Assembly (NCBI GenBank): GCA_963742995.1
Contig: CAVUOL010000075.1
Span: 59,093-123,092, forward strand
Reading direction: 5' to 3'
Source of the DNA: an uncultured Ignavibacteriales bacterium
GTDB taxonomy: Bacteria > Bacteroidota > Ignavibacteria > Ignavibacteriales > Ignavibacteriaceae
DNA length: 64,000 nt
Below are positions 9,770-19,296 of this stretch, piece after piece. The position numbers and the translations under genes are program-made. Numbering within the stretch: the stretch's first letter is position 1; each line of letters opens with the position of its first letter. The notes beneath the pieces are model-generated. The model saw only the letters and a program-made list of their open reading frames with translations, did no database searches and was not told the DNA's origin.

Positions 9770-9979
9770 TTAACGAAGGCTGGTACTTGAACTTGAACTT
9801 ACACTTGAACTTGTATCTTCTTCTTTAACAGAAATCTTCCTCCCTGCTTTCTTTAATGCTTCCGTTAACAAATATTCAATTTGCGCATTTATACTTCTTA
9901 ATTCATCTGCTGCCCACTTTTCTAAAGCAGAATAAATATTCCCATCGATTCTCAATAAAAATTTTTTCTTCTCTGCCAT
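9770..9979 (-). CDS. Arc/MetJ-type ribbon-helix-helix DNA-binding protein
   Basis: 69 aa. [44 protein letters not shown] fits a beta-strand plus two-helix RHH pattern. Ser-rich tail. Confidence 0.6.
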   Translation of the reverse strand: MAEKKKFLLRIDGNIYSALEKWAADELRSINAQIEYLLTEALKKAGRKISVKEEDTSSSVSSSSSTSLR

Positions 9980-9993
9980 ATATTTTTAACTTT

Positions 9994-10500
9994 TTATCCG
10001 GCAGCTGCATGCTTTCTTTGTGCCGAAATATACCATGCAAGGATAATTATCCATGGATATTTATCAATTACCTCAGACTTTTTTTCTATAAATATTTCCA
10101 CTGCTGTCTTATATTTTACTTTATCTATTAACTTAATTAACACTCTGCCGGATGAATCCTGTATTTCATAATCATTCTTAAAGGTTTTAAAAATTATCTT
10201 TATTCGCTCTCCTTTGGGAAGTTCAACCATACCAAACTTTTTAAAACTTCCACCCTTATACTTTGCATAAGGCAATGTATTCACGGACTCCCTTATCGCA
10301 ACTTCCGATCTCCAAAAAGAAGGACGGTAAAAGATCCATTTTTTATTAAATACCTCAATCTCCAGTTCAAAGCTGAATGTTTTAGTTTTTCTTATCCTTC
10401 CAATAATTCCACTATTGCTTTTCAATTCATAGTATGTCTTCCAAACTGAAGGTTGAACTAAATCTAATTTTTGCCCGAAGTAGCCGGATAAATTTTTCAT
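9994..10500 (-). CDS. hypothetical protein (beta-rich, C-terminal hydrophobic helix)
   Basis: 168-aa ORF packed between the SPFH and RHH genes on the same strand. No family recognised. Confidence 0.5.
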   Translation of the reverse strand: MKNLSGYFGQKLDLVQPSVWKTYYELKSNSGIIGRIRKTKTFSFELEIEVFNKKWIFYRPSFWRSEVAIRESVNTLPYAKYKGGSFKKFGMVELPKGERIKIIFKTFKNDYEIQDSSGRVLIKLIDKVKYKTAVEIFIEKKSEVIDKYPWIIILAWYISAQRKHAAAG

Positions 10501-10519
10501 ATAGAATTATTTAAATGCT

Positions 10520-11395
10520 CTATTGATAAAGCGTACCTGTATTTATCACCGGTGTAACTTCAGATTCCGATACTAATGCAACCATGAGATTATTTACCAT
10601 TGTAGCTTTTTTCTCTTCATCCAGTTCTATTATTTTTTGTTCGCTTAATGATTTCAATGCAATTTCAACCATCCCCACCGCACCTTCAACTATCTTATAC
10701 CTTGCGGCTACTACTGCCTCAGCCTGCTGCCTTCGCAGCATCGCCTGTGCAATTTCCTGCGCATATGCAAGATGACTTATTCGTGCTTCAATAACTTCAA
10801 CTCCTGCAATTTCCAATCTTGATTGTACTTGTTTCTGTAAACTCTCAGCTATTTCTTGTGGACTTCCCCTTAACGATGCCTTTACATTTTCATTTTCATC
10901 ATAAGGATATTCCGATGCAAGAGATCTTATCGAAGTCTCACTCTGAATGTCGACAAATTGTTCATAATTTTCTACATCAAATACAGCCTTTGCCGAATCA
11001 CCAACTTTCCATACTATTACTGCTCCTATCTCAATTGGATTCCCATTTAAATCATTAACTTTGATTTTTTCACTACTGAAATTCCTTATCCTCAATGATA
11101 CCTTCTTCTTTACAGTGAACGGATTTACCCACCAATAACCTGAGTCTCGGACAGTTCCATTATATTTACCGAATAATATCAGTACCCTGGAATCATTCGG
11201 CTGGATCACCATAAATCCAGGTATTAAAAATATTATTATCAAAATCAGAGGGAAAAATATCCATAAAACTTGTGGTGCGTTCGCTCTTATTCCGGATACT
11301 AATATATAAATATCAAGCACTAATAAAACAAAAGATATTAACAGAATTAAAAATCCGTTAATCTTTGAAGCAGCTTTTTCCGCTATTTTTTCCAT
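10520..11395 (-). CDS. SPFH/band-7 (stomatin/prohibitin-like) membrane protein
   Basis: 291 aa with two N-terminal TM helices, then an SPFH-like core (..IKVNDLNGNPIEIGAVIVWKV..) and a coiled-coil AQEIAQAMLRRQQAEAVVAAR. Confidence 0.85.
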   Translation of the reverse strand: MEKIAEKAASKINGFLILLISFVLLVLDIYILVSGIRANAPQVLWIFFPLILIIIFLIPGFMVIQPNDSRVLILFGKYNGTVRDSGYWWVNPFTVKKKVSLRIRNFSSEKIKVNDLNGNPIEIGAVIVWKVGDSAKAVFDVENYEQFVDIQSETSIRSLASEYPYDENENVKASLRGSPQEIAESLQKQVQSRLEIAGVEVIEARISHLAYAQEIAQAMLRRQQAEAVVAARYKIVEGAVGMVEIALKSLSEQKIIELDEEKKATMVNNLMVALVSESEVTPVINTGTLYQ

Positions 11396-11580
11396 TTTTC
11401 TCCCTATTAAGATATTATTGCTATCACAATGATATCACTTTAATATCAAACAATCAAGCACCAATATTTTTACTCGTAATTTTAATCATAATCGTAGTCT
11501 CTAACAGAGAGGAATTTCCCATTCAAGGGGTTCAGTATAAAAACATTTGGAAAAAATAAGAAATGAATTATTACCCCCAC

Positions 11581-11670
11581 CTGACTTCTGACTTTCTGTC
11601 TTGTCCTCTGACCTCTGGCTTTTGACTTCCGACCTCTGGCTTGACTTCTGACCTCTGGCTTCTGACTTCC
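11581..11670. repeat. about 20-bp imperfect tandem repeat TTGACTTC(C/T)GACCTCTGGC (about 3.5 units)
   Basis: GACCTCTGGCT occurs at 11610, 11631 and 11650. TGACTTC words are interleaved. A-poor, C/T-rich on the plus strand. Confidence 0.85.
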
Positions 11671-11680
11671 ATCAATCGAC

Positions 11681-13927
11681 TCAATACTCAGTACTAATTA
11701 CGAGTCTCGCCAGCAATTCAACCGGATGCATCACCCCACACCCTAATCCTTCAGAAATCTGATCTCTGCACGAAATTCCGCTGACAAGCACCATAATATC
11801 CTCTTTACTTCCCGCTGATTGAATTTGCTTAAACAAATCTTCGGCATCACGCATACTTAACTCGTAAAAATCTTTTTTATATCCGAAGCTTCCTGCCATG
11901 CCGCAGCATTCAACTCGAGACTCAATAACCTTTATTCCCAGCTTATTAAATATCTCAGCAGTACTAACTGCTGCTCCGATAGTTTTTTGCTGACAATGAC
12001 TATGATAAAATATTTGAGCACCGCTAGGCAGTTTCCCGGTATCAAATATTTTATTCAGATCTGTTTTTTCTTCAGTTGCTAAGTCATTAAGGTACTCTAA
12101 AGGCTCGTAACAATGAGCTCTAAGCTTATTAAATTCTTCTTCATTTTTTAACAAATGCTTATAATCACGGCGGAACATAGCAAGAACACTCGGTTCAATT
12201 ACTATTATATCATATCCTTTGTCAATCCATTCTATTAAATATCCGGCTGCTCTCTCCGCTCGTCTTATTGAAGTTTCAATCAATCCCTGTGACAATGCCG
12301 CCCTTCCATCGGGAAGCACTATGCTAAGTACCAAATCATTTCCTGTATTCTTGAATATCTCCAAGGTTGCAATACCCCTGGAAGGATATAGATAATTTGT
12401 ATAAATATCTGCAAATAACAAAAGTTTCCTTTTTGAACTTAACTTTTCTTCTGAACTATGTCCTTGAAATTGTTTTACTAACGTTTTATCTGCAAATTTA
12501 GGCAGCTTTCTTTTCCTGCTTATTCCTAAATATTTTTCCATTAGAATTTTGACAATATTATTGTTCTGAGCATAATTCGATATTGATGTAAACCGGCTTC
12601 CTATTCTTGCAAAATGATAAAAGTTTCCAAGGAAGAGCTTCTGTAAGCTTCCCTTTTCATAACGGCTATCCTTTGGTAAAAGACCTTTAAATATAAACGA
12701 ATATCCTGATTTTTCTTTTTCATTTAATCTTTGATGAATAACTTCATTTAACCAGGGTATATCAATTCTTACCGGGCATTGGGGTATACATCGGGAACAG
12801 CCCGTGCATAATTCACTAAATCGGGCATTTTCAACTTTGCCTGTTCCGGTCTCCCACGCTCCTCCAATTCCTCCTGAATAAGTCTCTCCCCCAAATGCAT
12901 GTCCTCCAACAGACTGAAAGTTTGCACATACATTCAAACACGCTCCGCATCTAATACAATAAAGTGTTTCTCTAAAGACAGGATCTTCTCTCATTTTCAT
13001 ACGGCCGTTATCAATCAATACCAGATAAAATTCACGTTTATCTTTTTTCTTATTATTAAATGAAAGTAAAGGTAAATCCAATGGCGGCTTTATAATATTT
13101 GTATAGGATGTTAATGGTTGACCGGTACCGCTTGGCGCTAATAGCTCAATAAAAGTGCTTAAATCTTTTATTGATGGAAGAACTTTCTCTATACCGGCAA
13201 TTGCAATATGGACAGAAGGAAGGCTGTAAGTCATTCTTATATTACCTTCACTTTCAACAAGCACAATAGACCCTGTATCTGCAGCAATAAAATTTGCCCC
13301 CGTTATCCCAATATCTGCATTTAAAAACTTTTCTCGCAATTTTCCCCTGGCAAATTTTGTTAACTCTTCTCCTGTTTCAAGCGGTACATCCGGATTAAAT
13401 TTCTCCTTAAATAATTTGGAAATCCTCTCCCGGCTCTGATGTATGGCAGGCCCTACTATATGTGAAGGCTGCTCATCTGAATATTGAAGAATGAATTCAG
13501 CTAAATCGGTTTCGGCAACTTCAATTCCTCCCGCTTCTAATGCATGGTTCAATTTGATTTCTTCTGAAGTGATTGACTTACCTTTCACCACTAATTCGGC
13601 ATTATGTAGATGGCATATCTTCAATATATGTTCGCATGCATCCTTAGCATCCTTTGCAATATAGAAATGACCGCCGTTTGCTTTTACTGAATTTTCTAAT
13701 TGATCTAATAATTGTGGAAGATTCTCAATTGCATATTCTTTTAATTTTCTTGCTTTATCCTTTAACAGATCATAATCTTCCATTTTCCCCGTTGTTATAT
13801 AATGATTTAGATTAAAAGTTTGTGTATTTTTTTTTACCGCCTCGCTTTCAATTTCGAGAGACATTTTTATGGCTTTCGCCAGATTCTCAGGATTACTTTT
13901 ATTTGCTATTTCTCTCGGCTTAATCAT
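11681..13927 (-). CDS. fused LutB-like (LUD domain + 2x[4Fe-4S]) / LutA-like (CCG-domain Fe-S oxidoreductase) lactate-utilisation protein
   Basis: 748 aa. N-terminal LUD/DUF162-like region, ferredoxin motifs CIRCGACLNVC and CTGCSRCIPQCP, and a C-terminal cysteine-rich ECCGMAGSFG (CCG) motif. Confidence 0.75.
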   Translation of the reverse strand: MIKPREIANKSNPENLAKAIKMSLEIESEAVKKNTQTFNLNHYITTGKMEDYDLLKDKARKLKEYAIENLPQLLDQLENSVKANGGHFYIAKDAKDACEHILKICHLHNAELVVKGKSITSEEIKLNHALEAGGIEVAETDLAEFILQYSDEQPSHIVGPAIHQSRERISKLFKEKFNPDVPLETGEELTKFARGKLREKFLNADIGITGANFIAADTGSIVLVESEGNIRMTYSLPSVHIAIAGIEKVLPSIKDLSTFIELLAPSGTGQPLTSYTNIIKPPLDLPLLSFNNKKKDKREFYLVLIDNGRMKMREDPVFRETLYCIRCGACLNVCANFQSVGGHAFGGETYSGGIGGAWETGTGKVENARFSELCTGCSRCIPQCPVRIDIPWLNEVIHQRLNEKEKSGYSFIFKGLLPKDSRYEKGSLQKLFLGNFYHFARIGSRFTSISNYAQNNNIVKILMEKYLGISRKRKLPKFADKTLVKQFQGHSSEEKLSSKRKLLLFADIYTNYLYPSRGIATLEIFKNTGNDLVLSIVLPDGRAALSQGLIETSIRRAERAAGYLIEWIDKGYDIIVIEPSVLAMFRRDYKHLLKNEEEFNKLRAHCYEPLEYLNDLATEEKTDLNKIFDTGKLPSGAQIFYHSHCQQKTIGAAVSTAEIFNKLGIKVIESRVECCGMAGSFGYKKDFYELSMRDAEDLFKQIQSAGSKEDIMVLVSGISCRDQISEGLGCGVMHPVELLARLVISTEY

Positions 13928-14457
13928 TAACTTTCCAATAAGATTATGTATAATTTGGCTGGACCGTGAGCTCCTCTAACTAATTCTCCCATATCTGCCG
14001 TTGCACTTGGCCCGGATATATAAACCCAGCCTCTTTTTTCCGGCTGTTTTAAAATATACTGCTCAAAAATATCTCTCGGACGTGAAACTATTCTATTCGA
14101 TTCAAGCACAGCTATGTGCGCTTTAGGCAATAAACTAATATAATTATTTAAACTCGAATCAATTGAAATGCAGATGGAGCCTGTACTTGAAACTCCGGCA
14201 ATTGCATCGCTGATTCCAAAATCTGCAGAAGCTAATTGATTTGCATTTGGCTGTTCTATAATATCTGCATTCTCTTTGAATAATTTAAATAGCGATTGAG
14301 GAATATTATATGGCTCTGACATTACAATATTTTTTGACCCTGCAGTAATTTTTAATAATATGCTATTTATTGTTTCTGGCGAAGGCTTTATCTTTTCTAC
14401 ACTTGCACCCGCACGTTCTGCCATTTCAATAAATTGCGAGACAAGGGTTTTGGACAA
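13927..14457 (-). CDS. lutC: LutC-like LUD-domain protein
   Basis: 176 aa. Its stop overlaps the downstream ATG by 1 nt (TAATG), implying coupling with the LutB/A fusion. LUD-like C-terminus ..GPSATADMGELVRGAHGP.. Confidence 0.7.
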   Translation of the reverse strand: MSKTLVSQFIEMAERAGASVEKIKPSPETINSILLKITAGSKNIVMSEPYNIPQSLFKLFKENADIIEQPNANQLASADFGISDAIAGVSSTGSICISIDSSLNNYISLLPKAHIAVLESNRIVSRPRDIFEQYILKQPEKRGWVYISGPSATADMGELVRGAHGPAKLYIILLES

Positions 14458-14558
14458 TTAGTTATTCATCAGTTTTCTCAAGATCAATATCTTGTATACC
14501 TCCGCTACATATTAATATTTGAACTCTTGTTTTACTAAATCGAACAGCATTTATCAAA

Positions 14559-15059
14559 CTATCTTGATTTCTCCGTTTTCCTTGCAGAAGTATATTTCTC
14601 AATATTATAATTTATTATTATATCAGGCATCGGATGTTTTACTATTTCAATCCCTGAATCCGTGTAAAATTTTGTGGCAAGTGTATCATGAAAATCTGAA
14701 AATACTACCACTCTTTTTATTCCAGCCGCTATCAATGCCTTTGCACATGTTGTACACGACATATTTGTAATATATGCCGTTGAGCCCTTTACCATTGCAC
14801 CGTGTATTGCCGCTTGTGTTAGTGCATTTATCTCTGCATGGTTAGTTCTTACACAATGATTATCTACAACAAGACACCCAACATCTTCGCAATGCGGCTG
14901 TCCTGGCAGTGATCCGTTATATCCCGTTGACAATACAAATCTATCCTTAACTAAAACGCATCCGCAATGCATCCTTGGACACGTCGCCCTTTCAGATGCT
15001 AACATTGCGAGTTTTAAAAAATACTCATCCCATGATGGTCTTTTAATTTCTTTTCCCAT
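14559..15059 (-). CDS. comEB: dCMP (deoxycytidylate) deaminase
   Basis: 166 aa with the zinc-deaminase motifs HAEINAL and MSCTTCAKALI (PCxxC-type). Confidence 0.85.
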   Translation of the reverse strand: MGKEIKRPSWDEYFLKLAMLASERATCPRMHCGCVLVKDRFVLSTGYNGSLPGQPHCEDVGCLVVDNHCVRTNHAEINALTQAAIHGAMVKGSTAYITNMSCTTCAKALIAAGIKRVVVFSDFHDTLATKFYTDSGIEIVKHPMPDIIINYNIEKYTSARKTEKSR

Positions 15060-15233
15060 TAGCTAAATCTTTGAAAATGTTAATTAATATTATAATAAAG
15101 TGCAAACTATTCAAAATTCATCAATAAAATCAAATCCCCTGAAATGTTTTTTACTAACCGCCTGGTAAAAATGAATTCTATAGTATCAGACAAAGTTTGG
15201 TTGTAAAAACCATCTATATGATATCCCCATGCT

Positions 15234-15364
15234 AAATCCGCTCTGAAACCGTTTTGAAATCGATTTGAAACCGTATTGATTCCATTTTAAATCCGTTTGA
15301 ATTCCTTATCTCTTAATCGTAATCATGCTCTTAATCGTTCTCGTAATCTTAATCGTAATCTTAA
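15234..15364. repeat. word-repeat tract: TTGAAA(C/T)CG words then (C)TTAATCGT hexamer-type repeats
   Basis: ttgaaatcga / ttgaaaccgt / aaatccgtttgaatt, followed by cttaatcgtaatcatgctcttaatcgttctcgtaatcttaatcgtaatcttaa. Confidence 0.8.
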
Positions 15365-15524
15365 ACTGGCTGAGCCAGAATTAAAAGTCAATGCTTATTA
15401 ATCGCTATTTGTCAATAGAGCCACGATTAACTATTAACTATTAACAAATAACTTTTCCCCTTTGCGCATAATTTCCGAACTAAAGGAACATGTCTTTAAA
15501 ATTAAGAAAACCTGTATTCAATCT

Positions 15525-16331
15525 TTATCCGAATCTTCCCGTTACATAATCTTCGGTTTGTCTGAGCTTAGGATTGGTAAATATTTTAGTAGTCTTATCA
15601 TTTTCAATTAGCTCACCGAGCAAGAAAAAGGCCGTATAGTCGCTTACCCTTGCCGCCTGTTGCATATTATGGGTTACTATTACTATTGTGTAATTCTTTT
15701 TTAACTCGAAAATCAATTCTTCTATCTTACTCGTCGAGATTGGATCTAATGCACTTGCCGGCTCATCCATCAAAATAACTTCCGGCTCTACTGCTAATGT
15801 CCGTGCAATGCATAAACGCTGCTGTTGCCCTCCTGATAAATTTGTTCCCGGATGTTTTAATATATCTTTTACTTCATCCCATAGCGCTGCTTGCTTTAAA
15901 TATTTCTCTGTGATTTCCTTTAGCTTCTTTTTATTATGAAAACCGTTTAATCTTAATCCAGCTGTTACATTATCCGCTACAGACATTGTAGGAAATGGAT
16001 TAGGCTTCTGAAATATCATTCCAACTCTTTTTCTTAAATATACCGGGTCATACTTCATAACACTCTCACCGTCAAGTAAAACATTCCCCTTAATTGTACC
16101 CCCCACTTCTTCATGCATCCTATTTAAGCATCTTAAAAAAGTAGATTTGCCGCACCCGGATGGCCCGATTATAGCCAATACTTTGTTTTTAGGAATGGAG
16201 AGTGAAATGTTTTTAAGTGCATGAACCTTACCGAAAAAAGCATTTAGATTTTCAGCTTTCATCCTTTCTTTGCTTTGAAATTGATGATCGCCTATTACCG
16301 TTTCTTTCAGTTCAGTTCCTGTATTAGTCAT
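15525..16331 (-). CDS. pstB: phosphate ABC transporter ATP-binding protein
   Basis: 268 aa. Walker [10 protein letters not shown], signature LSGGQQQR, Walker B ILMDEP, and the PstB-typical C-terminus YVTGRFG. Confidence 0.95.
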   Translation of the reverse strand: MTNTGTELKETVIGDHQFQSKERMKAENLNAFFGKVHALKNISLSIPKNKVLAIIGPSGCGKSTFLRCLNRMHEEVGGTIKGNVLLDGESVMKYDPVYLRKRVGMIFQKPNPFPTMSVADNVTAGLRLNGFHNKKKLKEITEKYLKQAALWDEVKDILKHPGTNLSGGQQQRLCIARTLAVEPEVILMDEPASALDPISTSKIEELIFELKKNYTIVIVTHNMQQAARVSDYTAFFLLGELIENDKTTKIFTNPKLRQTEDYVTGRFG

Positions 16332-16345
16332 TATTTAATCTCATT

Positions 16346-17191
16346 TTAAGCAGCATATCTTTTCCTGGTAACAATTCTAAAGACAATGTTTATGAACATA
16401 ACCAGTACAATCAACACCAATGCTGCTGCCCATGCCTGCCGGTTCCAGTTATCAAATGGTGCCTTTGCATAATCATATATAAATACTGTTAATGAAGCAA
16501 TCGGCTGATCAAGCTGCGTTGACCAGAACCTGTTTCCAAGCGCAGTAAAAAGCAATGGAGCTGTTTCACCGGCAGCTCTTGCTATTGATAAAAGTATACC
16601 TGTAAATATTCCTTTAAATGCAGCCGGCAAAATAATAAATAATGTCGTTTTCCACCTTGGGATTCCCAATCCAAGTGCCGCTTCTCGAAAAGAATGAGGT
16701 ATTAATTTGATCATTTCTTCTGTTGTACGGGTAACCAGGGGTATCATTAAAATTGCTAGCGCTACTCCTCCTGCAATTGCCGAAAACCTTTTCATTGGCA
16801 ATACAACAATTACATATGCAACAACTCCGATTACAATCGAAGGTATTCCATTTAATACTTCCGTTAAAAATCTTACCGTCCGGGCAAATATTGATGAACT
16901 TTTTTCGGAAAGGTATATCCCGGATAAAATCCCGATCGGCAGACCTATTAAACTTCCAATTGCTACAAGTATTCCCGTTCCTACTAGTGCATTTGCCATC
17001 CCTCCGCCCGGTTCTCCTGCTGGTTTCGGCATTTGTGTAAAAAATGCCCAATTAATTGAACTTATACCTTGCGATATTGTATAAAATAAAATAAGGAATA
17101 GCGGTATAATTGCTACTAAAGCACATATTATGCTCAATGTCATCATAATTGTACTTTTAATTTTCCGCCATCGGTAGTAGATATTGTTCAT
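16346..17191 (-). CDS. pstA: phosphate ABC transporter permease PstA
   Basis: Polytopic permease with an EAA-like loop (REAALGLGIPRW). Start placed at the internal ATG 17191 (MNNIYYRWRK) just after the pstC stop; the ORF track starts at 17224. Confidence 0.9.
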   Translation of the reverse strand: MNNIYYRWRKIKSTIMMTLSIICALVAIIPLFLILFYTISQGISSINWAFFTQMPKPAGEPGGGMANALVGTGILVAIGSLIGLPIGILSGIYLSEKSSSIFARTVRFLTEVLNGIPSIVIGVVAYVIVVLPMKRFSAIAGGVALAILMIPLVTRTTEEMIKLIPHSFREAALGLGIPRWKTTLFIILPAAFKGIFTGILLSIARAAGETAPLLFTALGNRFWSTQLDQPIASLTVFIYDYAKAPFDNWNRQAWAAALVLIVLVMFINIVFRIVTRKRYAA

Positions 17192-17192
17192 C

Positions 17193-18209
17193 TTACATAA
17201 TCTTATAATATTTTTTGGTAACACTCCATACTATTACTCTTGCTATTGCATTTAATATTATAGTAATAACAAAAAGTAATAATGCTATTTCAATTAATGA
17301 ACTTATATATAAATCAGAAGTAGCTTCTGTAAATTCGTTCGCTAATACACTTGCCATTGTATATCCAGGATCAAAAAGAGAAAATGATATTTCAGGACGG
17401 TTGCCTATTACCATTGTAACCGCCATCGTTTCTCCAACCGCCCTCCCTAATCCCAAAAGTGTTGCTCCTAGTATTCCCGACTTTGCGCCGGTTAAAACTA
17501 TTTTTACTGCTTCCCATTTTGTTGCTCCAAGTGCAAATGCTGCTTCCCGCTGGGAACCGGGAATGGACTTCATTACATCCCTTGATATAGATGTTATAAT
17601 TGGAAGAATCATTACTGTTAATATTAATGCCGCTGCAAGCATGCCTAATCCATATGGCGGACCCTTAAATAAAAAAATAAATCCTAAATGATCCCCCAAA
17701 AAAGGTTCTACTGTTTTTCTTAACCAGGGAGCCATTATAAACATTCCGAATAAACCGTATACTATGCTTGGTATCGCAGCTAATAATTCAACGAGCAAAG
17801 AAACAGGCTGCTCTAACCATCTAGGCGCAAATTCTGATAGAAAAATTGCTATCCCCACACTTAATGGCAGCGCTATGAATAATGCTATCAGAGAAGAAAA
17901 TAATGTCCCGAATATAAAAGGAAGCGCCCCGAATTCATCATGTACAGGATCCCATGTTGTGCCTGTTATAAATCCCCAGCTGAATTTATCTATTGATAGA
18001 ATTGATTGCCGGTACATCTCGTATGCCATGATTACAACTAATGAAAACAATATAAAAGCAAAGAATCGGGTTATGTTTTCAAATATAAAGTCCCCTAGAT
18101 TTTTCCCCGCTATTCTGAACCCGGAATAAGAAGCAGCAAGCGATACATTTTCCGCTGCATCTGCTTGCTGCTCAGAGGTTTTTTCTTTCGTTCTGCTTAT
18201 CAAACTCAT
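17193..18209 (-). CDS. pstC: phosphate ABC transporter permease PstC
   Basis: 338-aa polytopic permease with EAAFALGATKWE loop. Start overlaps the pstS stop by 1 nt. Confidence 0.9.
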   Translation of the reverse strand: MSLISRTKEKTSEQQADAAENVSLAASYSGFRIAGKNLGDFIFENITRFFAFILFSLVVIMAYEMYRQSILSIDKFSWGFITGTTWDPVHDEFGALPFIFGTLFSSLIALFIALPLSVGIAIFLSEFAPRWLEQPVSLLVELLAAIPSIVYGLFGMFIMAPWLRKTVEPFLGDHLGFIFLFKGPPYGLGMLAAALILTVMILPIITSISRDVMKSIPGSQREAAFALGATKWEAVKIVLTGAKSGILGATLLGLGRAVGETMAVTMVIGNRPEISFSLFDPGYTMASVLANEFTEATSDLYISSLIEIALLLFVITIILNAIARVIVWSVTKKYYKIM

Positions 18210-19249
18210 TATTTAGTGGATATTTGAGCAATCTTCTTTTCGTCTAATTTTACTACTTCTTTTGGTAATGGAGCATAGTAAAGTTCTTTGGCATATTTCT
18301 CACCATCTGTTACTGCCCATTTTAAGAAGTTAACAATAGCCTTTGCTTTTGCTTTGTCTTTCATGTTCTGGTAAATTAATAACCAGGTAAAACCGGAAAT
18401 TGGATATGAACCCTTCCCATCTGCATCGGTTATCTCTACCCGCAAATCTGCCGGCATATTTTTAATAAAACCGGCTGCCGCTGCTGATACAGCATCAAAT
18501 GTTGGCTCAACAAAATTCCCCGCTTTGTTTTTTAATGCTGCATATGGAAGATTATTTTTTTCTGCATACGCTAATTCAACATAACCAATTGATCCTTCGG
18601 TTTGCTTTACTAAGCCCGCAACCCCTTCGTTTCCTTTACCACCTAATCCAACTGGCCAGTTCACCGATGTACCTTGCCCAACTTTGTTTTTCCAGCTCTC
18701 GCTCACCTTTGCAAGATATCCGGTAAATATATTCGTAGTACCGCTTCCATCTGAACGGTGCGTTACAAAGATTGCTTCGTCCGGAAGTTTTAATCCGCTA
18801 TTAATTGATGTAATCTTTGTATCATTCCACTTTGTGATTTTTCCTATATAAATATCTGATAGAACATCAGGTGTTAGCTTTAATCCTTTACCCACCTTAG
18901 GTAAATTATAGGTTACTACAACAGCCCCCATAACTGTTGGTATATGTAAAATCTCTGTTCCTTGCTTCTCTTTTACCTGTTTCATCTGTTCTTCAGACAT
19001 AGGAGCGTCTGAGGCACCAAAATCTACAGTCCCCTCTATTACCTGCCTGATTCCGCCGCCGCTCCCTATCGCTTGATAATTAAATTCAATCCCTGTCTTT
19101 TGATGATAAACATCAAACCATTTGGAATAAATAACATATGGAAATGTCGCACCGGCACCGTTTAATTTCATCTGTGCACTGCTGACTCCAACTAGTACAG
19201 CTAAAAATAGAACAGAAGTTAATAAGATTTTTGATTTCATAATTATCAT
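18209..19249 (-). CDS. pstS: phosphate-binding protein PstS
   Basis: 346 aa, signal peptide, then GAGATFPYVIYSKW..YQAIGSGGG..RSDGSGTT, typical PstS motifs. Confidence 0.92.
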   Translation of the reverse strand: MIIMKSKILLTSVLFLAVLVGVSSAQMKLNGAGATFPYVIYSKWFDVYHQKTGIEFNYQAIGSGGGIRQVIEGTVDFGASDAPMSEEQMKQVKEKQGTEILHIPTVMGAVVVTYNLPKVGKGLKLTPDVLSDIYIGKITKWNDTKITSINSGLKLPDEAIFVTHRSDGSGTTNIFTGYLAKVSESWKNKVGQGTSVNWPVGLGGKGNEGVAGLVKQTEGSIGYVELAYAEKNNLPYAALKNKAGNFVEPTFDAVSAAAAGFIKNMPADLRVEITDADGKGSYPISGFTWLLIYQNMKDKAKAKAIVNFLKWAVTDGEKYAKELYYAPLPKEVVKLDEKKIAQISTK

Positions 19250-19296
19250 CCTTTTTAAAATTATAGAAATTTAGTTTAATATAAAAAGTTCATTTA

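Noticed and set aside
16614-18129. Several long ORFs (16614..17051 -, 16707..17084 +, 16753..17040 +, 17215..17691 +, 17764..18129 +) overlapping pstA/pstC
   Set aside because: They lie in alternative frames or antisense to clearly conserved permease genes. Their translations are low-complexity and lack motifs. They are typical shadow ORFs.
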